IMG/VR virus record: IMGVR_UViG_3300014911_000001
Coordinates: 64,001-128,000 of that record
Strand: one strand, 5' to 3'
Source: a virus
Length of the DNA: 64,000 bases
Positions within the stretch are counted from its first letter, which is position 1. The number at the start of each line of letters is the position of its first letter. A program made the position numbers and the translations under genes. The notes below the pieces were generated by a model. The model was not told the origin of the DNA and made no database searches. It was given only the letters and a program-made list of their open reading frames with translations. Positions 46,177 to 56,412 of this stretch are shown in pieces.

Positions 46177-47376
46177 ATGGCAACACTTAGGCCTGAAGGT
46201 TATTACCGTAATATGGCGCTTCGTGACATTCCGTGGAAGCATAAGCGGAATGTCGTTCCTTCAATAGGTGTTATAGCGGATATAAGAGCGGTTGGTCCGT
46301 TTGCACCACATCCTGCCCTGCCAACAGCGTGGATTAATAAGGTTGATGAGAGACCATTTGTCATACCTGTTGGTAAGATTGTATGTGTGGTGCCTATAGA
46401 TTATTCAACAGCGAAGACACTTGGCAGAACAGATCTTTATACAGAGATGATATATCGTTCTGGGGAGAAATCTACTTATAAATGGACGATACCTGAATCG
46501 GAGCTGGGTTCAACCACATATGCTGATCCCTATTATGGTTATGGTGGAATACTGGGATTTATGATACCTTTTGGTAGAGGTACCGGAGGTGCTCATTATA
46601 GTCTTACGCCTGGTTATAAAATATCTGGAGAGGATGCTATGCCTTATTTTGTTGAAGGTGAATATGACTATGAAGGTTGGGTCCCATTTGGATTTGTAAT
46701 ACATGATGTGGAGAGGTTTGTTGCAGGGGATGATCTCAACTATAGGACGCGCCAAGCATATCCCATATGGAAGGAAGGGCTTCTTACTCTTCCATTCATG
46801 AATATATTGGGCCTTGTGCATGAACTGGAAGGTGATGATAATATTGAGAGAATAAATGCATGGATTAGGCATGATTTGACATCAATGGAGTCTGAGCCTA
46901 CCAGTTCAAATGTGTATATGACTTATAAATATCTATCTAGATATTATACAGCTGCTGTTGGGAGTGAGTGTTCATCAGATTATGCAGGAATAACCGTATA
47001 TACTGGATATGAATTTAATGTAAGGGTTATGAAATCTGGATATGTTGGTGTGACTTGTCATGGGGATTATCTTCTTACATCAGCATTTTCAGGTACAGAA
47101 ATGTGGTGTGTTGGTACGATTGTTAATGTTGATTATGAATTCCCGAAGAGCTTTATGGAGATGGTTGACGCACCACCTGCTTCAGGAATAGGTACAGCTA
47201 ATGGTGGGATACCAGAGATCGTATACCAGTACATGCATGATTTTGTAGTAATATATAATGAGCTAGCGGGAACAGATACATTGAGTTTGAAACCAGCAGA
47301 TCTGATAAGTTATATAGATAAAGGTTATTTCGGTGCTGCTTATATTTTGGCTGACTTTAATCCTCTTGGTACATAA
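46177..47376 (+). CDS. putative head decoration/structural protein
   Basis: Between protease and MCP; VIPVGKIV, PFG motifs. Confidence 0.55.
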   Translation: MATLRPEGYYRNMALRDIPWKHKRNVVPSIGVIADIRAVGPFAPHPALPTAWINKVDERPFVIPVGKIVCVVPIDYSTAKTLGRTDLYTEMIYRSGEKSTYKWTIPESELGSTTYADPYYGYGGILGFMIPFGRGTGGAHYSLTPGYKISGEDAMPYFVEGEYDYEGWVPFGFVIHDVERFVAGDDLNYRTRQAYPIWKEGLLTLPFMNILGLVHELEGDDNIERINAWIRHDLTSMESEPTSSNVYMTYKYLSRYYTAAVGSECSSDYAGITVYTGYEFNVRVMKSGYVGVTCHGDYLLTSAFSGTEMWCVGTIVNVDYEFPKSFMEMVDAPPASGIGTANGGIPEIVYQYMHDFVVIYNELAGTDTLSLKPADLISYIDKGYFGAAYILADFNPLGT

Positions 47377-47418
47377 GATCGTAATAATTTAAGTTTAAAA
47401 TAAATTTGGAGGAGGAAA

Positions 47419-48903
47419 ATGGAAATTTTGAAGGATACACTGTATGAGGCGCTTTTGCACAATGGACGCGTTCAGGTAACTGATAAGCTCCGTGAGGAGT
47501 TTAAGTCCGAGATACCAGAGATTGCTGAGGCGAGTGAGATACGGTTTACACTTCGGGATGTACTTACTAATAGCATGCTTGCGCCTCTCTTCCCTGAGGT
47601 TATAACGGTTATTGTTGAGGACACGATGGAGCCGCTGCTTCTTATAACTAAGTTATATGATGTTGTTAGGGGTATTCCTAATGCCCTTACAGTAAGAATC
47701 CTGCTGCCAACACCGATGCCTGTAGTTAAGCTTTCACCTAATGCTCCCACACCGAACCTTGGAAATCCGTCGCTTCATGAGATAGGTGGTACCGTATCCA
47801 TAACTGCGGAGAAATGGGGTGTTATATGGAGTGTTGATGAGCATGTTATTAAGAACAACCAATGGGATATCCTTAAGATGTCTCTTAGGAATGCTGCTCG
47901 AGCGCTTGCTAGACATAAGGAGAAGCAGGCCTATGAGCACATAAGGCATGGTGGGATAATACTATTCTCGAACTGGAGAAAGAATCATGCTGTTTTCAAG
48001 AACTTCCTCAGGGGGCGTGATATAAAGTTAAGGCAGAACGGTAGCCTTTCACCGAGAGACTTTTTCCAGGGTTATGCGTACTTCCTGCAGAATGAATTTA
48101 TCCCTGATGTTGTTATTATGAACTCATGGTCGTGGCTTGTATTCCTTTACTCACCTCTTACTAGAGAGATTGTTATGAATGGTAATACCATTGCGCCTGA
48201 CTTTACCAACTTTAACATGAGGGTCCGCAGCAGATGGCGTGAGGTATGGAACTCTCTTGGTAAGAAGGGTATTCTTGGTGGCAACAGCCCTGATGATATA
48301 TTTGGTAAGATAGGTCTGAGCATTTTTGAGCCGACGAATGCTCCTTGGAGCTGGAATCCGCTTGGTGTTGAGGTTTATCATAAGCCTTCTTGGATGCCGG
48401 CTGGTATAACATTCCTTATTTCACCATATGCTGATTGGTCGGCCAATGCAACTGATTACATGAATAAATACTTTAGTGGTTGGGACTTTACAGGTGCTCA
48501 GTCGTGGGCAGATACGACAACTCCGAAGGACCCGCTTAATATATTTGCGCACAACGACGCTGCGAATAAGAATGATCCTACGAAGACGACAGGTTTCAAA
48601 GAAGATGGTACTGTGGCAACATCACCTAGTGATGCACGTACTTATGCAGATCCGACGCTTAATCTAACCGATATAATCATGGTTGATAGTTCAGAGGTTG
48701 GAATTCTTTATCAGTATTCAGATCCGACGACTACTAAGTGGTCTGATCCAATGCTGGATATACAGAATAATAAGATTGCTGAGGAATATGGCTTTGCTGT
48801 CAAGTGGGGTGGACGTGCTATAGGTATCTTTGAGGCTGTTGTCATTGATGAGCAGTATACCGCTGAGCTTGTAGCACAGAATGAAATAGCAAAACCGCTG
48901 TAA
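47419..48903 (+). CDS. major capsid protein (HK97 fold)
   Basis: Position; KWG...WDIL...ARALARHKE, PDVVIMN, KIAEEYGFAV. Confidence 0.85.
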   Translation: MEILKDTLYEALLHNGRVQVTDKLREEFKSEIPEIAEASEIRFTLRDVLTNSMLAPLFPEVITVIVEDTMEPLLLITKLYDVVRGIPNALTVRILLPTPMPVVKLSPNAPTPNLGNPSLHEIGGTVSITAEKWGVIWSVDEHVIKNNQWDILKMSLRNAARALARHKEKQAYEHIRHGGIILFSNWRKNHAVFKNFLRGRDIKLRQNGSLSPRDFFQGYAYFLQNEFIPDVVIMNSWSWLVFLYSPLTREIVMNGNTIAPDFTNFNMRVRSRWREVWNSLGKKGILGGNSPDDIFGKIGLSIFEPTNAPWSWNPLGVEVYHKPSWMPAGITFLISPYADWSANATDYMNKYFSGWDFTGAQSWADTTTPKDPLNIFAHNDAANKNDPTKTTGFKEDGTVATSPSDARTYADPTLNLTDIIMVDSSEVGILYQYSDPTTTKWSDPMLDIQNNKIAEEYGFAVKWGGRAIGIFEAVVIDEQYTAELVAQNEIAKPL

Positions 48904-48913
48904 TATAGATTAG

Positions 48914-48967
48914 GCCCGGTCTTCTAGCTCGTTAGACATTGTGATTCTTGTGGCTAGAAGGCCGGGC
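48914..48967 (+). terminator. long hairpin after MCP (terminator or processing site)
   Basis: GCCCGGTCTTCTAGC/GCTAGAAGGCCGGGC; no long U tract. Confidence 0.5.
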
Positions 48968-48986
48968 TTCCTATAGGAGGACTATT

Positions 48987-49490
48987 GTGTATTGGGTAAA
49001 GCTATCAGGGCGCGCACCTGTAGCTACGATAACTTGTGGGCATCGTGTTGCACAGGTATCAGTCCGGTGCCCTATTTTTCCTCTTAAGGATTTTACGCCT
49101 CATTGTATAGCTCAGTTTCAAAGACATGTTGATGTATATATCATAGAGGAGAATTTTCCTATTGATGAGGACCGGAAGGTAGAAATTTTCTCTACGCTTA
49201 TAGATGGTGATATTGATATCGAACCTTCTGAGGAGGAATTCGTTATGTGGTTAATCTCCAATGGGTTCCAGCCTAAGGGTACCTATCATAAGGTTGTAGT
49301 GAAGGAAACGGAGTCAGAAGAGGAAAATATTGTGTCTCCTGAAGTAAGTGAAGAGGATGGTAAGGTTGATGATGTTTCTGTACAGGAATCTGATACAGTT
49401 AATGAGGTAACTAGTGATGAAAAACCTAAATCGGTAGGGAAGAAGAAAGGTGCGCGTCGAGGTAGAACAAACAAGCGTAAACGTAAATGA
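48987..49490 (+). CDS. hypothetical protein with acidic then basic tail
   Basis: GTG start after AGGAGG. Confidence 0.65.
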   Translation: MYWVKLSGRAPVATITCGHRVAQVSVRCPIFPLKDFTPHCIAQFQRHVDVYIIEENFPIDEDRKVEIFSTLIDGDIDIEPSEEEFVMWLISNGFQPKGTYHKVVVKETESEEENIVSPEVSEEDGKVDDVSVQESDTVNEVTSDEKPKSVGKKKGARRGRTNKRKRK

Positions 49491-50700
49491 TACGATTATA
49501 ATTTCATGTGATCAGACACCTGATAGTAGTACTGTAGATGAAACGACCATCCGTCTTTATTATAAAGATTATCCCCTGCCGCCTTCCTATGATTGCAGGG
49601 TCAATGGAAATAATATTGAGGTAATACCAGTTGAACCGTGGTTGGCTGGTTATACAATAATTTTAACAGTAGTTGGTGAACAGTATGGTGTTAAATCTGT
49701 TGAAGGGGAGTCACTTGAGGAACCGGTTTATACATTTACAATAGCTGTATTACCTGCAGAGGAACCCGGCACGGCGCCTTCATATGAGCATGCATTAGTT
49801 GTAACGGCGACAATACCAGAGGATTATTATACAAATTACACGGGTAATCATATTAAATTTTTCTTCAATGTTCCTATTGATCCAAGTATCGAGGATGCAT
49901 ATGAGGAACATGTTTTTATACATATTAAGCCTGTAATAGTCCTACCTCCTAATAGCCGTCTACCGGTGCCACCTCAAGGCTATCTTGCGCCTGAAGCTTA
50001 TTCTGTTGATGTTGATGGTACTACAATGACTGTAACAATAGATGTGCCTATCTATAATGCAGAAATAAATGTTAAGATTGTTGATATCCATGCATTGGAT
50101 ATAAGTTATGTTCCTATATCAAGTTATGAAATAGTATTTACATATAGATATACGCCTCTTCTCTATACACCTGATTATTTTGAGGTTGATCTACCGGATG
50201 ATGTTATCTATCGGTACATTTTGAGGGCAGAGGCAATAGCTGACACACTTTATCCGGGTATTCTTGATTGGAATGACCCTGAGTGGTGTGTTGTTATGTT
50301 TGTTTATTATATGACGCAGCGGCTTATTTTAGAGCGTCTTTATGGCATATTAGCAATAATGGGTGGTTCATTTAGCAAGAGATTGGGCGATTTGCAGATA
50401 TCGTATAATATTAGGCCTGATAATGATTTGAATAAGTTGCTAGGTCCTCTTTCTGCGTTGGTGCGTAATAGGTGTGCTAAGGTAGCTTTACATGGTGTCA
50501 TACCGGGGCGTCTTGTCTACCCGATCCCATATCACCGTCCTGATGTAGCATGGCGCCGCTTCCCCATATTGAAGGATTATTTTATTGAGGAGCCTACGGT
50601 ATTTATGGGTGATCGGGCATGGGATTATGGTGTGTTTTTCAGGAAGCATATGGATCAATTGGAGACAGGTAGAGAGGTGCTTGGTGAAGAGAATGTATGA
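49450..50700 (+). CDS. Ig-like-domain head-tail adaptor protein
   Basis: Two Ig-like repeats, then SKRLGDLQISY adaptor-like motif. Confidence 0.6.
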   Translation: MRVEVEQTSVNVNDTIIISCDQTPDSSTVDETTIRLYYKDYPLPPSYDCRVNGNNIEVIPVEPWLAGYTIILTVVGEQYGVKSVEGESLEEPVYTFTIAVLPAEEPGTAPSYEHALVVTATIPEDYYTNYTGNHIKFFFNVPIDPSIEDAYEEHVFIHIKPVIVLPPNSRLPVPPQGYLAPEAYSVDVDGTTMTVTIDVPIYNAEINVKIVDIHALDISYVPISSYEIVFTYRYTPLLYTPDYFEVDLPDDVIYRYILRAEAIADTLYPGILDWNDPEWCVVMFVYYMTQRLILERLYGILAIMGGSFSKRLGDLQISYNIRPDNDLNKLLGPLSALVRNRCAKVALHGVIPGRLVYPIPYHRPDVAWRRFPILKDYFIEEPTVFMGDRAWDYGVFFRKHMDQLETGREVLGEENV

Positions 50701-51232
50701 GAAAACTACCTTTACTGATCCGATAAATCTGCGTGTTGAGATGGATTTTTTTATGGATGGTGGAGGTGGTATAGGTCCCAAGGGACATTATGTTATTTTA
50801 CGGCATTATTTAGTTGATCAGAAGTCTGATTATTACTCGCACATAACAGGAGAAGGGCATGGCGGGCCGGCTTACAAATTTGAGGAAGCTTGTATAAAGA
50901 CACGGCGAGTGCCATTTAGATCGATGCAACAGGAAGCTGACATGACTCAGATTGGTGAGGTACAGAATTATGATTATATTTACTATTTTAGATATGATGA
51001 TGTGCCGTTTGATTTACTTCCGGGTGATCATATTTATGAATTACAACCTCCTTATGATTTAGATGGTAGTGCGGATGACGAGGAATTACTCAGAGTTCCG
51101 CGTTATGCGCGTTATCGTATAGGATTTGTGCATCATTATAGAGAGCGTTCGGGGCGTGTTGAATATGTTGCAGCATTAGTAACTTATGACAGTATAGGTG
51201 GTGAAGCCCCGCTTATGAAACAAAATGGCTAA
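50693..51232 (+). CDS. head closure/neck protein
   Basis: Position; YYFRYD..GDHIYE..GRVEY. Confidence 0.6.
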   Translation: MYEKTTFTDPINLRVEMDFFMDGGGGIGPKGHYVILRHYLVDQKSDYYSHITGEGHGGPAYKFEEACIKTRRVPFRSMQQEADMTQIGEVQNYDYIYYFRYDDVPFDLLPGDHIYELQPPYDLDGSADDEELLRVPRYARYRIGFVHHYRERSGRVEYVAALVTYDSIGGEAPLMKQNG

Positions 51233-51923
51233 TAGTAATAGTACAGCGCAGTTTGTAGATCTTATTTTTGATCCACGGTTTCTTGATGCGTTGAAGTCTA
51301 ATGTTATACCGAGGCCGATAAGATATGGTGAGATCTTATCCTTGTCGCAGTTATTTGGTGTTATAAAGCAGGTTATTGAGCATCTGAGGCCGCAGTGCAA
51401 GGTTTATCCGGCATATGGAAAGCATTTTTTGTATGCTTATGGTCTTGTTGATGATGAACCTGAGGCGGGCTTCAAAATTCCAGATGAGATTATCGGTTAT
51501 GTACTATATAGTGCGGAGCCTGCGACGATGGGTGGTTCACAACCTGGTTCAAGTCCACAGGTGCGGCGGCCTCGTCCGGTACATAATGCTTTAACCGTAG
51601 ATGTGGATTATGCTGCGCAGTTATATTACTATGCACTTGATGCGTACATTGATTTTTTCTTTTTTGCAAAGGATACACAGAGCATATATGAGTTGATGGA
51701 TTGGTTTCAGGAATTGATGTTTTCGACGCTGTCGCCTTTGTTAAAATATTTGGGTGTAGAGCAGGTTCATTTTGATTCGGCGGGCTTCGATGAATACATG
51801 CGTTCTGTTCGACCAGAGGTTGTAATTCCGATAATGAGGTATTATTTTAGGATACAGCGTCTGTATGTTTCGTATCAGAAGATTATTAAAGCAATTTTGT
51901 TTAGTCTTATAGAGGAACAATAA
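51225..51923 (+). CDS. tail completion/terminator-like protein
   Basis: Immediately upstream of the sheath gene. Confidence 0.5.
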   Translation: MANSNSTAQFVDLIFDPRFLDALKSNVIPRPIRYGEILSLSQLFGVIKQVIEHLRPQCKVYPAYGKHFLYAYGLVDDEPEAGFKIPDEIIGYVLYSAEPATMGGSQPGSSPQVRRPRPVHNALTVDVDYAAQLYYYALDAYIDFFFFAKDTQSIYELMDWFQELMFSTLSPLLKYLGVEQVHFDSAGFDEYMRSVRPEVVIPIMRYYFRIQRLYVSYQKIIKAILFSLIEEQ

Positions 51924-51942
51924 AACATAGGAGTGGGGAAAA

Positions 51943-54900
51943 ATGCCAAGGGATATAAGAGTAAGATTCAGGCCTACGTTGGTTACCCCTCAGATAAGAG
52001 GGGGGTTTCCCACGCTAGGTGTTTTGATTATCGGTACGGCTACTGATGGCCCGACAAATGAGCCGGTTATTGTAAGGGGTCTTGAAGAAGCACAGGAGAT
52101 TTTTGGCAACTTAGGTGAGGGGACTCTGCTGGAGGGTTATCATGAATTTATCACAGGTGCTTCACGTGGTGCAGACCTGCGTACTGTTGTGGGGCTTATG
52201 AGACTGGATTTCGGTGAGTATGCTAGTGTGGAGCTACCAGAGCCATCGACGGGTACAGGGCTAAGCGAGCCAATGGGTGCAACGGCGCTTACTATTAGAG
52301 CAAGATATAAAGGTGAAATATACAATATGTTTACCATATCATATAAAGCGGTAGCTGGCGGGTTTGCTGTATCTATAGTTGTGCCAGCTGAGAAAGATCC
52401 ATCAGGAAAAAGCCAAGAATATGTGCTTCTTTGTGACCCATCAGGTAGTAATACAGAGCTTATAAATAATCTTACGGAGCTGGCTAATGCTATTAATCAT
52501 CATCCAGTGCTGGCACGTTGGTTGTATGCGGAGGTAAACCTTCTTGATAGTAGATATTCAACGTATATATCCAATGGATTTTATTCGGGAGCTGGTGAGT
52601 CATTTAATGCGTGGGGTGTAGGATATAATGAGACTGATAAGGTTATAGATTTTGTGAGCCGATTTAGTGGCTCGCCTAGTAGTGATGTTTTGGATTCAGA
52701 TGGTGACGATACACTAGGACAGTATCATCCTTATACGATATTTGGGACGACTCCTATCAATGTTAGGGCCACATCACTTGACAACATACAGAATATAAGG
52801 AATTTTGGAAAACTGGCATTGTATGATGTGTCTGTGGATGCTAATACGAAGATTGCTAATTTAGGTGTCTATCCTCTTATACAGACCAAAGCCGGTGCAA
52901 CAAAATTTTATCCCATAAGCGCATATAATGATTATGATGATGATGGTATGTATATTGATGTACCTAATTATCTAAGGAATTGGGACACCCCCGCGACAGC
53001 TAAATATCTTATACCGGGTAGATTTCCTGTATCGGAGGCTGTCTTCTATATGGATGTGATTCTGAACCCCAGCGGGGCTTCAGGGGATGTGAATTATGTC
53101 GAAACTAATATGTTCCTGCCTGTGGATGTTTATGGTGATGTATCACTAGCTAATCTTATTAATGCATCAAGTGTTAGTGATACAAGACGGTTTAGTTATA
53201 AATGGATAATACAGACAGAAGCCGGGACGGTTTATGATAGTGGGGCATCTACTTATACGGGTTGGATGTTGCCTCTTTTCCATTCTCCAATGTCATCTAT
53301 CGGTGGATTAATATTATTCCATCAGAAAGATGGATCGCCGGTTGATGAGTTGGATACGATATTTGGTTCATGGAAATATCTCTATTTAGGTGTGCCTTCA
53401 CAGGTAGGTGGATCGGCGCCTGATTGGTATTCTACGACATCTGATGCAGCTACATTAAAACTTATTGATACAGGGGATAGTGAGAAGGTCCATATAGGTT
53501 TGGGTCCTGCATCAGCATTTTTCACGAAGACTGATGTAACGAGCCATTATGGTAATGAGACATCACCGGATGAGAATTATACTAATGCTATAAATACGGA
53601 TGTAAAAGATTTTGATGGTTCGTATTCAGGTAATGAGTTCAAGCTCTATTATTCAACAGATGGTTCATCTTGGCATGAAATTCCTTTGTATTATGAATAT
53701 GATGGTAAATATTGTTCTGGCCTTACATTAGAGTGGACATTTAATGGTCAAACAGATCTGGCCGCCTTAACTGACCTAAATACATTCAAGATCAAATTCT
53801 TTGATGGGATCACATGGTCCTCGGAGGATGATCCCGAGATCAAAGAAATCCAGTCGAAGTATCCATTCCTTGAGGTTGCGAAGGATACCAGCACTGGTGA
53901 ATATTATCTCGTAATAGCTGCTGGAACAAGAATAAGACTAACGGGTTATACACCGAAGGTTATGTTGAAGTACCTGCCTTCGAGGGCGGCGCTTAATGAC
54001 TGGTATGAGTATACTGTCTATCAGGATAGGATTGAGTTTGGTACACCTTATCCATACACAATTAAATTCAAGGTTCATTATCTCAAGGAGTTTGTTGAGA
54101 ATGTTGATTACATATATGATTCCGCACAGGGTACATTCCAGATGCTTGACTCTGAATTGATACCACCTGATAAGCTAACATTGCTTTATATGGATTACCA
54201 GTTTGAGCCTGAGTGGTTTGATACGTCTCGTATCTATACATTATCAGGTGGTTCATCTGGGTTTGAGAGGGCGCGGCCTCTTGAATACTATGCAAAGTTC
54301 CGTACGGCCTTGCAAGCTATAAGCACAGATGATAGATTTGACATTATAGTGCCAAAGGGTGCTTATATAGACACAGTTGATGAGGTATATGATGCATCTA
54401 TATCTTCGACGACATATGTTAATGTAGGCTATGTGGATCTCTTTGATGAGTTTACGCAGAAACGTGCTGATGATGGCAACCCAACGATTGTTATCCTAGC
54501 AGCGGAACCTTATAAACCTGAGACAGCTATTGTAGGTTATACCCGTGAGGGTATAGCTAATTGGGTAACAAGGATGACCGATACTACATCAATTGATCCC
54601 CGTTCGCCGGCGGGCTTAATTGCCTCTGTGACTGACAATCCAATGATGTGTGTTACTGTTGTACCGATAGCACTTATAGCACCGGGCGGCGCTTATTACA
54701 TATCGGATGGAGCTGCATTCCTTGCGGGTCTTGCTGCAAGATTCCATTATGTGCCCCGCACTGCAGCTAATGAGAGTCTTTACAACCTTGCACTTCCTAA
54801 TGGTGTCAGACCTGCGTTTAGATTATCGGAGTCACAGGTTGATGCATTGCTCAACATGCGTTACATAGTGTTCCACATGGGTCAGGATGGAGCGCCGCGG

Positions 54901-55227
54901 CTTATGAGAGATACAACACTTGCCCAGCCATTTAGTTCATTGAGTGCGCTAACCCACCTAGCTGTGTTGCTGCGTATTAAGCAGGGATTTATAAGAAGGC
55001 TGCGGCCTCATATCGGTAAGATCGTTAACGCTCAGACGAAGATGGAGGTTGATGCAGCTATAACATCCGAGTTGGCACTATGGCAGAAGAGTGGGATTAT
55101 ACAGCAGGCTATAGTTGATATTGATTGGGCAAGTCTTGAAGGTACATTGGGAGTATTACCAGTGCATATTACGATTGTGAGATCACCCATTCTGAAGGGT
55201 GTTGAAATAGATATTGTTGTGCGGTAA
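51943..55227 (+). CDS. contractile tail sheath protein with a large internal insertion
   Basis: LIIGTATDGP.NEPV...A.EIFG, LTIRARYKG, LSGG, C-terminal sheath domain. Confidence 0.88.
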   Translation: MPRDIRVRFRPTLVTPQIRGGFPTLGVLIIGTATDGPTNEPVIVRGLEEAQEIFGNLGEGTLLEGYHEFITGASRGADLRTVVGLMRLDFGEYASVELPEPSTGTGLSEPMGATALTIRARYKGEIYNMFTISYKAVAGGFAVSIVVPAEKDPSGKSQEYVLLCDPSGSNTELINNLTELANAINHHPVLARWLYAEVNLLDSRYSTYISNGFYSGAGESFNAWGVGYNETDKVIDFVSRFSGSPSSDVLDSDGDDTLGQYHPYTIFGTTPINVRATSLDNIQNIRNFGKLALYDVSVDANTKIANLGVYPLIQTKAGATKFYPISAYNDYDDDGMYIDVPNYLRNWDTPATAKYLIPGRFPVSEAVFYMDVILNPSGASGDVNYVETNMFLPVDVYGDVSLANLINASSVSDTRRFSYKWIIQTEAGTVYDSGASTYTGWMLPLFHSPMSSIGGLILFHQKDGSPVDELDTIFGSWKYLYLGVPSQVGGSAPDWYSTTSDAATLKLIDTGDSEKVHIGLGPASAFFTKTDVTSHYGNETSPDENYTNAINTDVKDFDGSYSGNEFKLYYSTDGSSWHEIPLYYEYDGKYCSGLTLEWTFNGQTDLAALTDLNTFKIKFFDGITWSSEDDPEIKEIQSKYPFLEVAKDTSTGEYYLVIAAGTRIRLTGYTPKVMLKYLPSRAALNDWYEYTVYQDRIEFGTPYPYTIKFKVHYLKEFVENVDYIYDSAQGTFQMLDSELIPPDKLTLLYMDYQFEPEWFDTSRIYTLSGGSSGFERARPLEYYAKFRTALQAISTDDRFDIIVPKGAYIDTVDEVYDASISSTTYVNVGYVDLFDEFTQKRADDGNPTIVILAAEPYKPETAIVGYTREGIANWVTRMTDTTSIDPRSPAGLIASVTDNPMMCVTVVPIALIAPGGAYYISDGAAFLAGLAARFHYVPRTAANESLYNLALPNGVRPAFRLSESQVDALLNMRYIVFHMGQDGAPRLMRDTTLAQPFSSLSALTHLAVLLRIKQGFIRRLRPHIGKIVNAQTKMEVDAAITSELALWQKSGIIQQAIVDIDWASLEGTLGVLPVHITIVRSPILKGVEIDIVVR

Positions 55228-55252
55228 GATTGGTGGAAGGAATATCAAGTAG

Positions 55253-55289
55253 AAGGCCCTCCGTATGAAGCGGGGGGCCTTTTTGTTTT
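55253..55289 (+). terminator. intrinsic terminator
   Basis: AAGGCCCTCCG/CGGGGGGCCTT stem followed by a T tract. Confidence 0.8.
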
Positions 55290-55305
55290 GGTATGTTGTC
55301 TTGAG

Positions 55306-55539
55306 ATGAAAGATGTGAAGATATACATTGATGATGGTATTTTATATGTGGAATTTCATGAGTTCTACGATCGGGCCGATATATTGATTTATGATGTGAA
55401 GGGCCGGCTTATTCATGAAGGGACTGCGGCCGGCTTAAGCGTCTATACATATGACATGTCTCGTTATGCAAGTGGTCCTTACATTGTTGTTATTTTGGTT
55501 AGTGGTAGAAAATATAGTAAGGTAGTCACATTGCATTAG
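55306..55539 (+). CDS. stand-alone T9SS type-A sorting-domain-like protein
   Basis: ILIYDVKGRLI...DMSRYASGPYIVVI....KYSKVV; no signal peptide. Confidence 0.75.
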   Translation: MKDVKIYIDDGILYVEFHEFYDRADILIYDVKGRLIHEGTAAGLSVYTYDMSRYASGPYIVVILVSGRKYSKVVTLH

Positions 55540-55554
55540 TATTAGGAGGTTATT

Positions 55555-56412
55555 ATGGGACTGACATTAAGTTCTAATAAATATGCTAAGACATTTAATT
55601 CCTTTTCAGGTGCCGATATATTCATAATCTTTGAAAATGCTACTGTTGGGACAATAACCCAGCTATCTTGGAATATAACGAGGGAGAAGGCCCCTCTTTA
55701 TGTTCTTGGCCATGTTGATGCTGTGGGTACATCACGTGGTAAGAGAAGCATTGCTGGTTCACTTACAGGTCTAATCTTTGACCGTTGGACACTCTTTGAT
55801 CTGGCATGGGGATCTGACATTACAGGTGAAGGTGGCCGTACCGGTGAGTATGCTGAGTATGCAAGGAAGACGGGTGATATCTTGGTGCCGGGTGATTTGA
55901 TGTTTGTGGATTATGCTGATATATATGGCACTGATGTAGCACCGGGTACTAGAGCATGGCCTGTAGGTGGTGGTGGGTCTGCTGAGGAAGCATGGAAAAA
56001 GATGCTTGGTTGGGAGCCTAGCAGGGTTGTGTATGCTGACCAAATGCTACCATGTGATGTAACGATTGTTGGTATTAATGAGGCAGGTAACTTTATGGTT
56101 TCGAGGATTTTTGGTATAGATTTGCTATCAACAGGTGCTGGTATATCAATTGATGATGTAACTATGGAGGAGCAGTATACATGGTTTGCTATGTCAATGC
56201 TACCATTTTTACCGAGGTATACAGGCGGTGAAGGTACTGGCTTAGAACTTTATAATCTCCTTAAGGAGTATTGGGGACTACCGGGTTCAGAGATGGCGTC
56301 GTTAAAGTCAGCTATGGAGACAATAGCTAGAGCAAGTCGTTCTGGTTTAGGTACTGGTAGCACTACTGGTGGAACAGGTACTGGAGGAACTGGTACTGGT
56401 GGAGGAGGTTGA
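55555..56412 (+). CDS. tail tube protein
   Basis: SFSGADI, REKAPLYVLG, RGKRSIAGSL; follows the sheath. Confidence 0.8.
   Translation: MGLTLSSNKYAKTFNSFSGADIFIIFENATVGTITQLSWNITREKAPLYVLGHVDAVGTSRGKRSIAGSLTGLIFDRWTLFDLAWGSDITGEGGRTGEYAEYARKTGDILVPGDLMFVDYADIYGTDVAPGTRAWPVGGGGSAEEAWKKMLGWEPSRVVYADQMLPCDVTIVGINEAGNFMVSRIFGIDLLSTGAGISIDDVTMEEQYTWFAMSMLPFLPRYTGGEGTGLELYNLLKEYWGLPGSEMASLKSAMETIARASRSGLGTGSTTGGTGTGGTGTGGGG

Noticed and set aside
56345-56410. GGTACTGGT-like short repeats
   Set aside because: They encode the Gly/Thr low-complexity tail of the tube protein.
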